Positions 29,374 to 40,834 are shown, counted from the stretch's first letter. The stretch: DNA of 64,000 bases from an uncultured Acidobacteriota bacterium (GCA_963804995.1 CAWDSK010000006.1:544001-608000), one strand, 5' to 3'. The notes: generated by a model not told the origin, from the sequence alone. Numbers and translations are program-made.

Positions 29374-29543
29374 CTAGTACGGTGTCCCGGTTAATATTCG
29401 ACAAGGCTTCCGACCCCCTCACCCCCCAGCCCCTCTCCCCCAAAGGGGCGAGGGGAGAGCTAATTCTCTTGCCCTCGCCCCTTTGGGGGAGAGGGTGGCT
29501 GGCCGAGGCGTTCTCATCAGCCGAGGCCAGACGGGTGAGAGGG
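29374..29543. repeat. Partial MITE-like element (one CTAGTACGGTGTCCCGG end plus CCCCTCACCC doublet)
   Basis: First ~50 nt homologous to the reverse complement of 9090-9144; second TIR not found. Confidence 0.7.
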
Positions 29544-29623
29544 TTCTACCCCTTGCCTTCGCGCAGCTTGGACTGGTGGATTAAGAGATTCGTGCGATGT
29601 GGCTCACGATTCGGATCGGGGAG

Positions 29624-31627
29624 TCAAGGCTGCCCCCCGAGAGATTCCAACTTTTTGAGGTTGGCAAGAGCGTCGGCATTGGAAGGATCAAGTTTCAGCC
29701 CCGCGTGGTATTCGCGGATAGCGTCGGCGTTACGGCCGGAGTCCATGTAAAGAAGTCCCAGCATGAAATGCGTCCGGCTATCGAAGGGACTGATCGCCTC
29801 AGCATCCAGAAAAGCGCGCTCCGCGCCGCTGCGGTTTCCCTGGAACCATTCCACCAATCCCAGGTCCCAGTCCCCCTGCCGGGTAGGCTCGATTTCTACG
29901 GAGCGGCGCGCTTCCGCCTCGGACTCACGCAGTCGCCGCCGATTCAAATAGAACTCACTCAAGGCGTTGTGCGCCCGCACGCTGAGAGGCGCAAGATTTT
30001 CGGCGGCGCGGAACTGGGTCTCCGCTTCCTGGAGCCTGCCCGTGGCCTCGTAAGTTTTCCCCAAGTCCAAATGGGCATCACTGTAATTCGGCCGGATCAT
30101 CAGGGCGCGAAAGAAGAAACCTTCCGCTTCCTCATAATGCTTCTCCTCGTTGGCTGCCAAGCCGAGATTGTGCAGAACGTATTCATTATCCGGGGCCAGT
30201 TCCAGCGCCGTGCGCCATTCCTTTACCGCCGCCGCTTTGTTTCCCTGCGCCCAGTATACGGTCCCCAGATTATTGTGGATGTAATAGGCGTCCGGTGAAA
30301 TGGCCAGGGTAGCGGTGTAAAAAGTGGGGTTATCCCGCCAGTCGCGATTTCGGATGAGGATGCGAAAGGCCCAAAGGGTGGCGATCAGGCCCGCCGCGAG
30401 GGGCAGCGCGACGCGCCATCGACTGCCCCGGGCAGAAAGCGCCTTCCAGCCTTGGACGCCCGCCCAGCCCACCATCCAGCAGAATCCCACTGAGGCAAGA
30501 TAGAGGTAGCGCTCCGCAAAGGGATTGCTGGTCATCCAACGAACATTCAATACCGGGGCGAGCGTCAGGAGCAGCCAAACTACGCCGAAAGAGGCTTGCC
30601 GGTTGAACTTCCAGAGGACCGCAAAAGCTGACGCGCAAATGATCAGAGCCGCAAGCCCACCGAGCGCCCAGGGATAGAGTCCGGCAAAGTCGGTGGGAAA
30701 GACGTAATAGGCGCAGAGTTCGGCCGGCCACACAAGTTTCCAACAGTAACGGCCAATCAGGTACAAGGCCGAAATTACCAAATCACCTATCCCCAACCCC
30801 GGCCTGCCAACGCTGGGTGCAAGTCCGCCCAGATATCGGACGCGGAGCACCAGATAAATTGGCGCGAGCAACCATAATGCGCCATAGCGCCGAAACTTCT
30901 GGACCCCGGTGGTCTGCGCGTGATCCTCACGGAAAAAGTGCTCGTAAAGCGTAGCGAGCAATGGAAGCGTGAGCGCTTGCTCCTTGGAAAGCACGGCGAG
31001 CACAAAGGACCCCACCATGGCGATCTGGAACGGGATCGAGCGCTTGCCTCCCGCACGCGCGGAGGCGAGGAAAAACCAAAAGGTCAGAAGATAGAAGAGC
31101 GCTAGCTCGAGTTCGGTGACCGCGGAGATCCAGTTTACCGCTTCGCTGTGAATGGGGTGGAGCGCAAAGATACCTGCCGCCAGGAGCGCCACTGCAGGGG
31201 AGCGAAACATTTTGAGCGTGACCAGGAAGACGAGGAGAACCACCCCCACGTTCGCCAAAAGATTGGCGAGGTGAAACCCCAGCGCACGGGGCCCGAAAAG
31301 CTGATAACAGAACAGATATCCCAGCGACATCATCGGGCGGTAATAATTGGAGGAGCCGCGGAAATCACCCATAAACGACCACACCGAGGAGGTGAAGATC
31401 TCCCGCAAGTGATGGAAGTTCCGAAGGTAGGGATTAACCAGGACCTGGTCGATGTTGTCATAGACAAAGCCGTTGCGTAAGGAGGTGAGATAAGGGAGCG
31501 CCGCAAGGCCAACGAGGATGAGGAAGTACGCCACGCCCTGCTTGTTCCGCAGGAGGGCCGGAGGCGCTGTGCCCGCCACCGAAGGCGAGGCGGGAGACGA
31601 AAGGTCAGGGGGGTGCTCTGGGATCAC
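29624..31627 (-). CDS. TMTC-like GT-C membrane glycosyltransferase with C-terminal TPRs
   Basis: YYRP, GFHLANL, FALHPIHSEAV.WIS, SKE, AERYLYL, RN.DW and TPR repeats. Confidence 0.88.
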   Translation of the reverse strand: MIPEHPPDLSSPASPSVAGTAPPALLRNKQGVAYFLILVGLAALPYLTSLRNGFVYDNIDQVLVNPYLRNFHHLREIFTSSVWSFMGDFRGSSNYYRPMMSLGYLFCYQLFGPRALGFHLANLLANVGVVLLVFLVTLKMFRSPAVALLAAGIFALHPIHSEAVNWISAVTELELALFYLLTFWFFLASARAGGKRSIPFQIAMVGSFVLAVLSKEQALTLPLLATLYEHFFREDHAQTTGVQKFRRYGALWLLAPIYLVLRVRYLGGLAPSVGRPGLGIGDLVISALYLIGRYCWKLVWPAELCAYYVFPTDFAGLYPWALGGLAALIICASAFAVLWKFNRQASFGVVWLLLTLAPVLNVRWMTSNPFAERYLYLASVGFCWMVGWAGVQGWKALSARGSRWRVALPLAAGLIATLWAFRILIRNRDWRDNPTFYTATLAISPDAYYIHNNLGTVYWAQGNKAAAVKEWRTALELAPDNEYVLHNLGLAANEEKHYEEAEGFFFRALMIRPNYSDAHLDLGKTYEATGRLQEAETQFRAAENLAPLSVRAHNALSEFYLNRRRLRESEAEARRSVEIEPTRQGDWDLGLVEWFQGNRSGAERAFLDAEAISPFDSRTHFMLGLLYMDSGRNADAIREYHAGLKLDPSNADALANLKKLESLGGQP

Positions 31628-31888
31628 TGTAAACTCGATGAGTACCGCCAGCGGGCTTGGATTTTCCGGACGGCTCGCCCTATCCGGCGCTTCATTTTGA
31701 TTATACCGACTGACATAGGTTCTTGCGAATTTCGTTGTAGCGGGTGGATTCTCGCTTGGAATTCAGAAGGGATTTCTCTTGATTTTCAACCTTCAACTCT
31801 CGCATCCCTAACTCTTCGGGTTGCGCAACCGGCGAGCGCGACACTATAATCTCAAACGGATATTTTTGGGGCGAGACCCTGTCAAGGA

Positions 31889-32401
31889 ATGAACCGTCAA
31901 CGGCGAAAACTGATCTACCTTCTGGGCTTCATGGGGAGCGGCAAGTCCACGGTGGGCCAACTGCTGGCAACAGCGCTGGGTTGGCCGTTCATTGATCTTG
32001 ACACCGTCATCGAAGCCGGGCAGGGTTTGAGCATCCGCGAGATCTTTGAGAACTCCGGCGAACCCTTCTTTCGCCAGATCGAGCGTGCGGCGTTGACGGA
32101 GGCTTCGAAATCCGAGCCGGCAGTTATTGCCCTGGGGGGTGGAACGTTCGCACAACCACCCAACGTCGATTTTATTCGCGATACGGGTGGCGCCACGATT
32201 TGGCTGGACTGTCCGCCGGAAGTTTTGCGCGCCCGTTGCGAAGGGTTGGAGAATCGCCCGCTTTTCCGCGATGCCGAGTCCTTTGGCCGGCTGCTGGTCG
32301 ACCGGTTGCCGTATTACCGCCTCGCAGAATCGCGCGTCTCGACAGACGGCCTAACACCTCAGCAGGTGGTCGAACAAATCCTGCGTCTGCGGCTCGCCTG
32401 A
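31889..32401 (+). CDS. aroK: Shikimate kinase
   Basis: GFMGSGKST, DLD, GEPFFRQIE, LGGG, RPL. Confidence 0.95.
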   Translation: MNRQRRKLIYLLGFMGSGKSTVGQLLATALGWPFIDLDTVIEAGQGLSIREIFENSGEPFFRQIERAALTEASKSEPAVIALGGGTFAQPPNVDFIRDTGGATIWLDCPPEVLRARCEGLENRPLFRDAESFGRLLVDRLPYYRLAESRVSTDGLTPQQVVEQILRLRLA

Positions 32402-32418
32402 GCTGAAAGGAGTTTCCC

Positions 32419-33153
32419 CTGGCCTCCCTAAAACGCTGTGTCCTGCTCCTGGCCGTTGCCCTGTTCGCAAGCGGCGCGTGGGCCGCTGACCCCTTGGCAG
32501 GCCAAGCTCCAAGTCCCACGCCTCCAGACCTGAATGACCAGGGCACCTTCGAGATTCTTGTCGCCGGCAAGAATATCGGAACTGAGAAGTTTGAGATTCG
32601 AACCGGGCCGAAGCAAATTGAAGCTCAGGCCGAGGTTCATCTGCGGATGGAACAAGACGGAAAAACGCTGGAGGTCAGGACCTCACCGCATCTGATCCTC
32701 AACCCACAACTCCGGCCTCTTTCCTATACCTGGAGCCAGAAGGGCACACAGTCTTCCCAGCTCTCCATTGACTTCCATTCCTCTCCCGCCCGCGCCCAAT
32801 ACAAGACCGTAACCGGTGAATCCGATCGGCGTGACTTCAAGTTAGGCAAGGACGTGATGGTGCTGGATGACAACGTCGTCCACCACTACCAGTTAGTGGT
32901 TGACCGATACGATCAGACAAGCAAGGGGAAACAAACTCTTAACGCCTTCATTCCGCAGGAAGCCCTCCCCGGTGAGATCACGGTGGAGGACGTGGGCGCT
33001 GAGCCGGTTAGCGTCAGAGGAGAAAGCCTCAACTTGCGGCATCTCACCCTCACCACGGACTTGGCGCGCGTCGACCTTTGGGTCGATAACCAGGACCACC
33101 TGCAAGTTGTCTCTGTGCCCGTTGCCCAGCTCCAGGCTGTGCGGAAGAAATAA
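32419..33153 (+). CDS. Exported beta-rich hypothetical protein, probable CTG start
   Basis: AAAGGAG RBS then CTG at 32419, in frame with ORF 32494-33153, adding a signal peptide. Confidence 0.65.
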   Translation: MASLKRCVLLLAVALFASGAWAADPLAGQAPSPTPPDLNDQGTFEILVAGKNIGTEKFEIRTGPKQIEAQAEVHLRMEQDGKTLEVRTSPHLILNPQLRPLSYTWSQKGTQSSQLSIDFHSSPARAQYKTVTGESDRRDFKLGKDVMVLDDNVVHHYQLVVDRYDQTSKGKQTLNAFIPQEALPGEITVEDVGAEPVSVRGESLNLRHLTLTTDLARVDLWVDNQDHLQVVSVPVAQLQAVRKK

Positions 33154-33159
33154 ACATCC

Positions 33160-34110
33160 ATGGAAAAAATACTCGTTACCGGCGGCGCCGGGTTCATTGG
33201 GTCCCACCTCGTGGAACGCCTGCTCCGGGAAGGAAAGCGCCTCGCGCTTGTCGATAACCTGGACGATTACTATGACCCGGAAATGAAACGGGCTAACCTC
33301 GCGGAAATCCGGGCGTGCGGAAATTTCGAATTCTTCGCCGTGGATATTCGCGAAGACGAGAAGCTGCGCGCGGTGTTTCAGAGGTTCCAGCCGGAGGTCG
33401 TGGTGCACTTGGCGGCCCGCCCCGGCGTGCGCCCCTCATTCCTCCAACCGGACGCGTACGTGTCCACCAATGTCGCCGGCACCGCGCGGTTGCTGGAGGT
33501 GAGCCGGCAATACGGTGTGCCGCGGTTTGTGTTTGCTTCCTCAAGTTCCGTGTACGGGAAAGCCAACCGCGCCCCATTCAGGGAAGACGCTTCGACGGGC
33601 ACTCCCCTGTCCATCTATGCCGCTACCAAAGTTTCCGGCGAAGCCTTGGCATTCACCTACTCTGAGGCCTATCCCCTTTCCGTAGTCTGCTTGCGCCTCT
33701 TCACGGTGTTCGGGCCTCGCCAGCGGCCGGATCTCGCCATCCGCAAGTTTGCAGGCCTGATTCTGGAAGGCGCAGAAGTGCCTATCTACGGGGACGGTAG
33801 TATCCAACGTGATTTCACGTATATCGACAACATCGTGGAAGGCATTGTGCGCGCCCTCAAAACTCCTGGCCGCTTCGACGTTTTTAATCTGGGAAATTCA
33901 CACCCTGTGCGCGTGGACTATATGGTGGATACCCTGGCGCGTGCTCTCGGCAAGCCCGTACAGCGAAAATTCCTTCCCGCCCCACCCGGTGAAATGGTCC
34001 TGACCCACGCGGACCTCACCAAGGCTCGCCAGGTTCTTGGCTACAGCCCCAAAGTTAGCTTCGAAGATGGAATTCTGCGGTTTGCTGACTGGCTGAGAAC
34101 TCGTGCGTGA
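33160..34110 (+). CDS. NAD-dependent epimerase (UDP-glucuronate 4-epimerase-like)
   Basis: TGGAGFIG, ASSSSVYG, YAATK, GPRQRPDLAI. Confidence 0.92.
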   Translation: MEKILVTGGAGFIGSHLVERLLREGKRLALVDNLDDYYDPEMKRANLAEIRACGNFEFFAVDIREDEKLRAVFQRFQPEVVVHLAARPGVRPSFLQPDAYVSTNVAGTARLLEVSRQYGVPRFVFASSSSVYGKANRAPFREDASTGTPLSIYAATKVSGEALAFTYSEAYPLSVVCLRLFTVFGPRQRPDLAIRKFAGLILEGAEVPIYGDGSIQRDFTYIDNIVEGIVRALKTPGRFDVFNLGNSHPVRVDYMVDTLARALGKPVQRKFLPAPPGEMVLTHADLTKARQVLGYSPKVSFEDGILRFADWLRTRA

Positions 34111-34184
34111 GTATCCCACTGCTGGGATGTTAGGGAGACAGAATGAGTTCTAAACAGGAAGGTTTTTAGGGGAAATAAAACGAA

Positions 34185-34220
34185 CGAGCGGCATCCGCAT
34201 CGTTGCTCGGATGCCGCTCG
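34185..34220. terminator. Hairpin between convergent genes, probable bidirectional terminator
   Basis: CGAGCGGCATCCG / CGGATGCCGCTCG 13-bp stem with A-rich 5' flank. Confidence 0.65.
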
Positions 34221-34246
34221 CCCTTTAGATCTCTTGCAGATGGCGC

Positions 34247-35170
34247 CTAACGCCTAACTTGGTGGAAATCGCCTGTAAAGGTGCTCGCTGGGCAATTCAA
34301 ACCTAGGACCGGGCTGACAGTCGCCCCCGCCTCCAAGGCTTCATTGTCGTACTCGCAGGCTGCAATGTTATATGCGGCCGCAGCTTGTGAGTCAGCAGCC
34401 GCAGCAGCTGACTCCCCAGCGGCCGCAGCAGAAGCCGCAGCGTTTGCAGCAGCGGTAGCGGCGCCCGCAGCAGAAGCCGCAGCGTTCGCAGCAGCTTCGG
34501 CCGAAAGCGAGTTAGAACTCGCGTCATTCGCCTTGCTTTCCGCAAGCCCCGCCAGAATAGCAGCCGCGACGGCAGCGCCTAGCGCCCCAACTTCCAGCGC
34601 CGTGTTCCCACCGCCGCTGCCCCAGCCACCGTTGCCACCCTTATCGGCAGTCTTGGGAGCGATAACGATGGTTTGCCCCTTCGTGACGTTCTTGGTTGTT
34701 CCGTGATCATCAACCTGCAAAGCACCTTCCTTTGCCGTGATAACAACGGAGCCATTCAACATGGCGACTTCGCCGAGGGTCTTAAACCCAGCCGTCGGCA
34801 CAATGGAAACGTTGCCGACTTTTACCCGTACCCCAGCTCCGTCGATCGGATGGAACACCGATACGTTGCCCTGGCTAAGCAGGACGGTGACCTGATTGGC
34901 ATCCCTCATGAAGGATGCAACCGTGTCATGGCCAAACACCATGCGGCCGCTAGTTCCCGCGGCTACTACGGCTACACCATCTCTCACTTGCAGGCTGTCA
35001 CCACTGAATATCGTGGTATTCGGCAGAAGCGCCTGGCCGCCTACGGATGCATTCATGCTGCCCGCTACAGATCCGATCACAGCGGAACCGGCTAGCGCCG
35101 GCACAGAAGCAACCATCCCTACAAGGAGCGCAAATAGGCTGACTCGCAAAATTGTGGACTTGGTGGACAT
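34247..35170 (-). CDS. Exported FecR-like beta-domain protein with Ala-rich tail
   Basis: Signal peptide; NTTIFSGDSL; poly-Ala segment; TTGACA-17-TAATCT upstream at 35286-35258. Confidence 0.7.
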   Translation of the reverse strand: MSTKSTILRVSLFALLVGMVASVPALAGSAVIGSVAGSMNASVGGQALLPNTTIFSGDSLQVRDGVAVVAAGTSGRMVFGHDTVASFMRDANQVTVLLSQGNVSVFHPIDGAGVRVKVGNVSIVPTAGFKTLGEVAMLNGSVVITAKEGALQVDDHGTTKNVTKGQTIVIAPKTADKGGNGGWGSGGGNTALEVGALGAAVAAAILAGLAESKANDASSNSLSAEAAANAAASAAGAATAAANAAASAAAAGESAAAAADSQAAAAYNIAACEYDNEALEAGATVSPVLGLNCPASTFTGDFHQVRR

Positions 35171-35788
35171 CGTTGATACTCCTTTTTGGGCCCGGAACCC
35201 CTCTGACTGCCGCAACCCAAGGTTTCAGTTTTTAATTTGGTCTTTCGTTGCGAACACAGATTAGCTTCTGGCGGAAATGTTGTCAAGTTTTTTTTTCAGA
35301 AAAACCTAACTTTTTTGGTAGGGTACAAGACGGAAAGTCTGAGGTGTCATTATTACCATGTGAAAACTGCAACCAACTACAAATACAGGCCTTAGCTGAA
35401 TGCACGAGAGACCGTGCGAGGGGGCTCGGGGAAACATTAAAAGATTGTTAAGACACGTGTCATTTTAATATCTGGATACCATGTGAGAATCACGTACGCG
35501 CCTAGGCCTTCCATGGCTCCACATCCCTCATCACTGTCCAGCATGGTGGCTTTGGATCTGGTTTCCACAGCGCCGGGATGAAGTCTCCTTCGACACATTA
35601 CTCATGCCCCGAAGGAAGATCCCGCCGCGCCTGCCGAAAAACAGATTGCAACCTGGCGCAACAACGTACCCCAGGTGCATATATACGTTTAGGGCATGAC
35701 CTGCTTAACGAATAAACGACTGGAAATAGTTGTGGGTTCTTATTTTGCCGCAGGGTGAAGACAAACTTCGGCCAGTTGTTCCTTCCGG

Positions 35789-36823
35789 TCAAACGCGGAT
35801 TATAGCCTTCACCACGCCGTCGCGCCGCGCCGAGACGAGTTCGAAGGCCTGGGGGGTTTCCTCGAGCGGAAAGTGATGGGTGACGAGGGGGCGGACGTTG
35901 ATGCGGCCGCTGGCGATGAGGTCAATGGCGGGCGCCACGCATTCGTTCTGGCGGCGCACATGGAGGATCCGCAATTCGTTCCGCCGCAGCAGACTGCTAT
36001 CAAAGCTCACCCGGTCAACTTCTGGAATCCCGATGACCAACAATGCGCCAGCGGGCTTCAAGAGTTCAAGGCCCTGGTCAAGTGTCTCCTGCTCGCCCGC
36101 GCATTCGAATACCGTGTCCAGGCCGAGTGGGGCAAGCTGGCGAATGGCGGCCACCACGTCTTCGTGGCGGGGATTGCCGGTCCAATCAGCCCCGCAGGTG
36201 CGGGCCACGGAGAGGCGCTCGTCAAGAATATCCGTCACATAAACGGTAGCCTGCAGGTGGGCGCGAATCGCCAGCAGTGTGCATAATCCAATCGGCCCCG
36301 ACCCCAGGATTCCAGCCTGTGCGCCGGGAGGCAGTTGGGCCATCGCCGCCGCGTAAAGGCCGATGGATAGCGGCTCAACGATCGTGGCTTCGTCATCATC
36401 GAGCGAGTCGGGCACCGCAAGGCAACACTCCGCCGGCAACACCAGATATTCCACCAGCGCCCCCGGCAACTGTCCGGGATTGCCCAGGAATTTCTGCTTC
36501 CGGCAGGTATGCTTGCGTCCCGCACGGCATTGGTCGCAGCTCCCGCACGGTACCAGTGGGTCAACCGCCACGCGTTGCCCCACGCGCAATTCCCGCACTT
36601 CGGCACCGACTTCAAGAATCGTACCGGCGCACTCATGACCGAGGATATGGGGAAACTCCACGACCTGGGGGCCAATTCGCCCCTGGTTGTAATAATGCAT
36701 GTCCGAACCGCAGACGCCCACGGCGTTGATCCGGAGCATCACTTCGTGCGGTCCTGGCTGGCGGGGGGCCGGCGCCGGGCGGATCTCCACTTGGTTTAGA
36801 CCGGTCAGGTACGCTGCTTTCAT
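35789..36823 (-). CDS. Zn-dependent (sorbitol/threonine-type) alcohol dehydrogenase
   Basis: GVCGSD, GHE, CGSCDQC...C, GSGPIG. Confidence 0.92.
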   Translation of the reverse strand: MKAAYLTGLNQVEIRPAPAPRQPGPHEVMLRINAVGVCGSDMHYYNQGRIGPQVVEFPHILGHECAGTILEVGAEVRELRVGQRVAVDPLVPCGSCDQCRAGRKHTCRKQKFLGNPGQLPGALVEYLVLPAECCLAVPDSLDDDEATIVEPLSIGLYAAAMAQLPPGAQAGILGSGPIGLCTLLAIRAHLQATVYVTDILDERLSVARTCGADWTGNPRHEDVVAAIRQLAPLGLDTVFECAGEQETLDQGLELLKPAGALLVIGIPEVDRVSFDSSLLRRNELRILHVRRQNECVAPAIDLIASGRINVRPLVTHHFPLEETPQAFELVSARRDGVVKAIIRV

Positions 36824-36998
36824 TGCATCTCCAGCCACGATTCCCTCTCCACTTCGGGTTCAACCGATGGTACCATCGATTACCTCAAAGGGTTAGTCAA
36901 CACGTTGAGGAGACATGAGACTGGGCGACGCCCGGCGTGCCCGTGCGCAGGCTGGGCGCAGCGTGGCGGAATGCAGAACTCCAAGGAGGACAACAACC

Positions 36999-37514
36999 AT
37001 GAAGAGAATCATTCTGGCTTCAGGCCTGGTAGTGCTATTCGCGGGCCTGACCTTCGGCAAGATGGCGGCAACCGCCAAGGCGGATCTCTCCGACAGCAAG
37101 GGCCAACACGTCGGAACCGCCAAACTCAAAGGAACTGACCAGGGAGTGAGCGTGGCGATCGAGGTCGCCAACCTTCCCCCGGGAGTGCACGGCTTCCACA
37201 TCCACGCAGTCGGCAAGTGTGAAACGCCAGATTTCAAAAGTGCAGGCGGACACTTCAATCCCGAGGGCAAGAAGCACGGATTGGAAAACCCGGAAGGCCA
37301 CCATGCGGGTGATCTCCAGAATCTGACTGTGGATGCCCGCGGGAAAGCAAAAGTAAAAGTCGTGGTGACAGGTGTCACGCTGGGTGAAGGAGCGAACTCG
37401 CTCTTTCATCCGGAGGGCACGGCCCTTGTCATCCATGCCGCCCCCGATGATATGAAGACCGACCCAGCCGGCAATGCCGGCGCGCGTATTGCCTGTGGTG
37501 TGATTACGAAATAG
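36999..37514 (+). CDS. sodC: Periplasmic Cu/Zn superoxide dismutase
   Basis: HGFHIH, SAGGHFNP, HAGDL, GNAGARIACGVI. Confidence 0.95.
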   Translation: MKRIILASGLVVLFAGLTFGKMAATAKADLSDSKGQHVGTAKLKGTDQGVSVAIEVANLPPGVHGFHIHAVGKCETPDFKSAGGHFNPEGKKHGLENPEGHHAGDLQNLTVDARGKAKVKVVVTGVTLGEGANSLFHPEGTALVIHAAPDDMKTDPAGNAGARIACGVITK

Positions 37515-37573
37515 CTAACCAGCCGGAGGCGGGGCGTGGCGGCCCACGCCCCGAATTCCCTTATCTCGGTGTC

Positions 37574-40022
37574 CTATTCTGCCTTCATGGTCGTGAAGGC
37601 CAGGGTGAGCAATGTTTTCTGCTCGACCTCATGCGCCTTGCCGGAGCCCGTGGCGGGACTGGGACTCGCCGAGCGCTTTACGGAGCGCACCGCGCGGGGC
37701 CGCGCCAAGCGCCTTAACCGTGGCATGAGGAAAAACAGCGCACCCATGTTAGCAGGCTCCTCTTGAACCCAAACCACCTCCCTGACCGCAGGATGCTCAT
37801 TGATTGCGGAAAGCAGTTCCTTGTCCGGAAAAGGATAAAGCTGGTCGAGGGCGAGGATGGCCGTCTGCGTGTCTCCGCGTTTCTTGCGTTCGGCGCGCAG
37901 TTCGTGGACGATCTTGCCTGTGCCCACCAGCAGGCGCCGGGCCTGGGTAACCTCGTGATCCGGGATTACCGGCAAGAAGCGTCCACGGGTGAGGTCCTCG
38001 AAGGATGAAGCAGCGGCCGGATGCCGCAACATGCCCTTGGGGGTAAACACCACCAGCGGCTTACGCCACCGCCGCAGCGCCTGGCGACGCAACAGATGGA
38101 AATATTGAGCGGCGTTGGTGGGCTGGCAGATTTGAATGTTGTCGCGGGCGGCAAGCTGCAAAAAGCGCCCCAGGCGCGCGCTCGAGTGCTCTGGTCCCTG
38201 TCCTTCGTAACCGTGCGGCAACAACAGAACCAGCCCGGAAAGTAATCCCCACTTGTCTTCCCCGGCTGCGATGAATTGATCGATATAGACTTGCGCGCCG
38301 TTGGCGAAATCCCCGAACTGCGCTTCCCAGAGCACCAAAGTCTCTGGATAGTCGCGGCTATATCCATACTCGAACCCTACCACCGCGGCCTCCGAGAGTG
38401 GCGAATCATAAATCTCAAACGCCGGCTGTTGGGGCGCAAGATGGGCGAGTGGCGTGTACGCGGCCTCAGTTTCCGTGTCGAACAGCGTGGCGTGACGCTG
38501 GTTGAAGGTTCCACGCCGGGAGTCCTGGCCGGTCAAACGCACCGCGGTTCCCTGCCGCAGGAGCGTGGCAAACGCCAGCAGCTCCGCGGTGCCGTAGTCG
38601 AGCGCATGGCGGCCCTGCGCCATCTGTAGGCGCTGGTCCAAAAGTTTTTTCACCTTGGGATGAACCGAGAAGCCTGCCGGAACCCGCACCAGCGCCTCAC
38701 CGATAGCGCCTAATTCCTCGACGGGCACAGCGGTCTCCACTTCCAATTCCGGTTTATAGGGTCCGCCGCGGTAGTTGTCCCAATAGGGAGGCAGCTCGCG
38801 CAGCAGCGGATTCTTGCGGATGGTACGGGCATGCTTGAGTGCCGCCTCAAACTCCCCGCGGACTTCCGCACTATGCGGGGCAGGGTCAATCTGGTGGCGG
38901 CGAGCGTAAGATTCCCAAACCGGCGGCAGTGCGGCGATGCGCCGGTAACGCACGGGTTGCGTCGTGGTGGGGTCATCAATCTCGCTGTGCCCGTGGCGGC
39001 GGTAGCCGATCAGATCCACCACTACGTCGCTCGAGAATTTGTAGCGGTATTCCGCCGCCCAGCGCGCCACGCGTACGGCCGCATCCGGGTCTTCCGCGTT
39101 TACATGAAAAATCGGAATCGGCAACCGTTTGGCCACGTCAGCGGCAAAACGCGAGGAGGAGGTATCCTCGGGGTTGGCCGTGAATCCAATCAGATTGTTC
39201 ACCACCACGTGCACGGTGCCACCCACCGCGTATCCCTCAAGGTTAGCCAGGTTAAGCGTCTCCGCGGCGACACCCTGTCCCGCGAAAGCCGCGTCGCCGT
39301 GTAGTAGTACGGGAAGTACGCAGGTGGTGCCTCCCTGGCAAAGACGTGCCTGCTTGGCGCGGGTCCGTCCGACGGCCACGGGATCGACCGCCTCCAAGTG
39401 CGAAGGGTTAGAAACCAGGTGGATCCGCATGGGGCGGCCCTGTGCGGTCCGATAATCGCCGGTCGCGCCCAGGTGATACTTCACGTCGCCACCACCCAGG
39501 AAACTGCGCGGATCAACGTCTTCGAAGCGAGCAAAGATGTCATCCGCGGCTTTGCCCACAATGTGCACCATCACGTTCAGGCGTCCACGGTGGCTCATGG
39601 CCAGCACGGTCTGCTCTGCGCCCAACTCCGCGGCGCGATCCAGAATCTCATCCAGAAGCGGAACGAGCGTCACCACCCCTTCCAGCGAGAAGCGCTTGGT
39701 TCCTGGGTAGCGCGATTGCAGCACCTGTTCGAAGATTCCCGCGCGGGTCAGCCGGTTCGAGCACACGAGGAGTGTCCACCGCCGGAGGGTCCACTTCGAG
39801 GCGCTCCTCGATCCACCGCCGGCGCTCGGGATCGGGGATGTGCATGAATTCCACGCCGATTGTGCCGCAGTAACAACGCCGCGCCTGAGCCGCCGCCTCG
39901 CCATTAATAGCAAGCTCCGGCGGCGCCAGCGGCTTCAGATAGCCAAGCGGATCGAGGTCCGCTGCGAGGTAGCCCCAGTGGCGAAAAGCGTCGAAAACTG
40001 TTTCATCTGTGAGAGAAGCCAT
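37574..40022 (-). CDS. sucA: 2-oxoglutarate dehydrogenase E1, frameshifted by one extra C near 39756
   Basis: YCGTIGVEFMHI in one frame; KRFSLEG, HGDAAF.GQG, WEAQFGDF, PHGYEGQGPEHSSAR in the other. Confidence 0.9.
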
Positions 40023-40396
40023 AGCAGTCTTAGTATAACCTCTTCGGACGGTTCAGCGCGGGTGGGGACCGTGGGCCGTGGGCAGTTACGAGTCATCAGC
40101 TTGCTATCTTCAGCCAAGACCAAAACACCCTCCCACGAGCTCCAACCGACCCCCGAGAATTGGCGACAGGCAGCAGTTTGGTAGTGTCTCAGTTTGATGA
40201 TGTAGCGGCGAGTTTACCTCGCCATATGGCGGCGTCCCGATCAGATCGGGATGAATGCCGCCGCCTCTACGTCAAACTGGGACACTACCAGCAGTTTTGC
40301 TCCTTACGGAACAAACACCCGCTCGGTTATAATCTCCGTGGGCTTTGCCAGGATAAGTGCCAAATCCCCACCGCCATCAGGAGAACGAGCCTGCCC

Positions 40397-40834
40397 ATGA
40401 CCGCATCACCGCAACTCCAGACTGATGAACAAGAGGTTCTAGCTGCCAACCGTGCGTTTTACACTGCCCTACACACGCTCGACTTGCCGATGATAGAGCA
40501 GCTCTGGCTGCATGCGGATTGGGTAATGTGTCTGCACCCGGGCTGGGAACTGTTGGTGGGTTGGGAGGATGTTCGGGGAAGCTGGGAGAGTATTTTCCGT
40601 TCCACCGGAAAGATGATGGTTTCCATCAGCCGGGCTCTGGTGCACGTAATGGGAGAAACCGCCTGGGTTTCCTGTCTTGAAAATGTGACCACCGCTTCCC
40701 CAAAAAACTTTTCCGCGGCGCTCGTTGAAACCACCAACATTTTCGTTCGGCGTGACGGCCGCTGGCTCCTTGTCCACCATCACACCACGCCCCTTGCGGG
40801 TGACGCGCCAGGCGCTACCTCTACCGTGCAGTAA
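40397..40834 (+). CDS. NTF2/SnoaL-like protein
   Basis: ANRAFY, C.HPGW, GW..V..SW, TNIF, W.LVHHH. Confidence 0.88.
   Translation: MTASPQLQTDEQEVLAANRAFYTALHTLDLPMIEQLWLHADWVMCLHPGWELLVGWEDVRGSWESIFRSTGKMMVSISRALVHVMGETAWVSCLENVTTASPKNFSAALVETTNIFVRRDGRWLLVHHHTTPLAGDAPGATSTVQ

Noticed and set aside
37574..40022. sucA as a pseudogene or programmed frameshift
   Set aside because: Single extra C, no slippery heptamer seen, all motifs intact, and several similar indels occur elsewhere.
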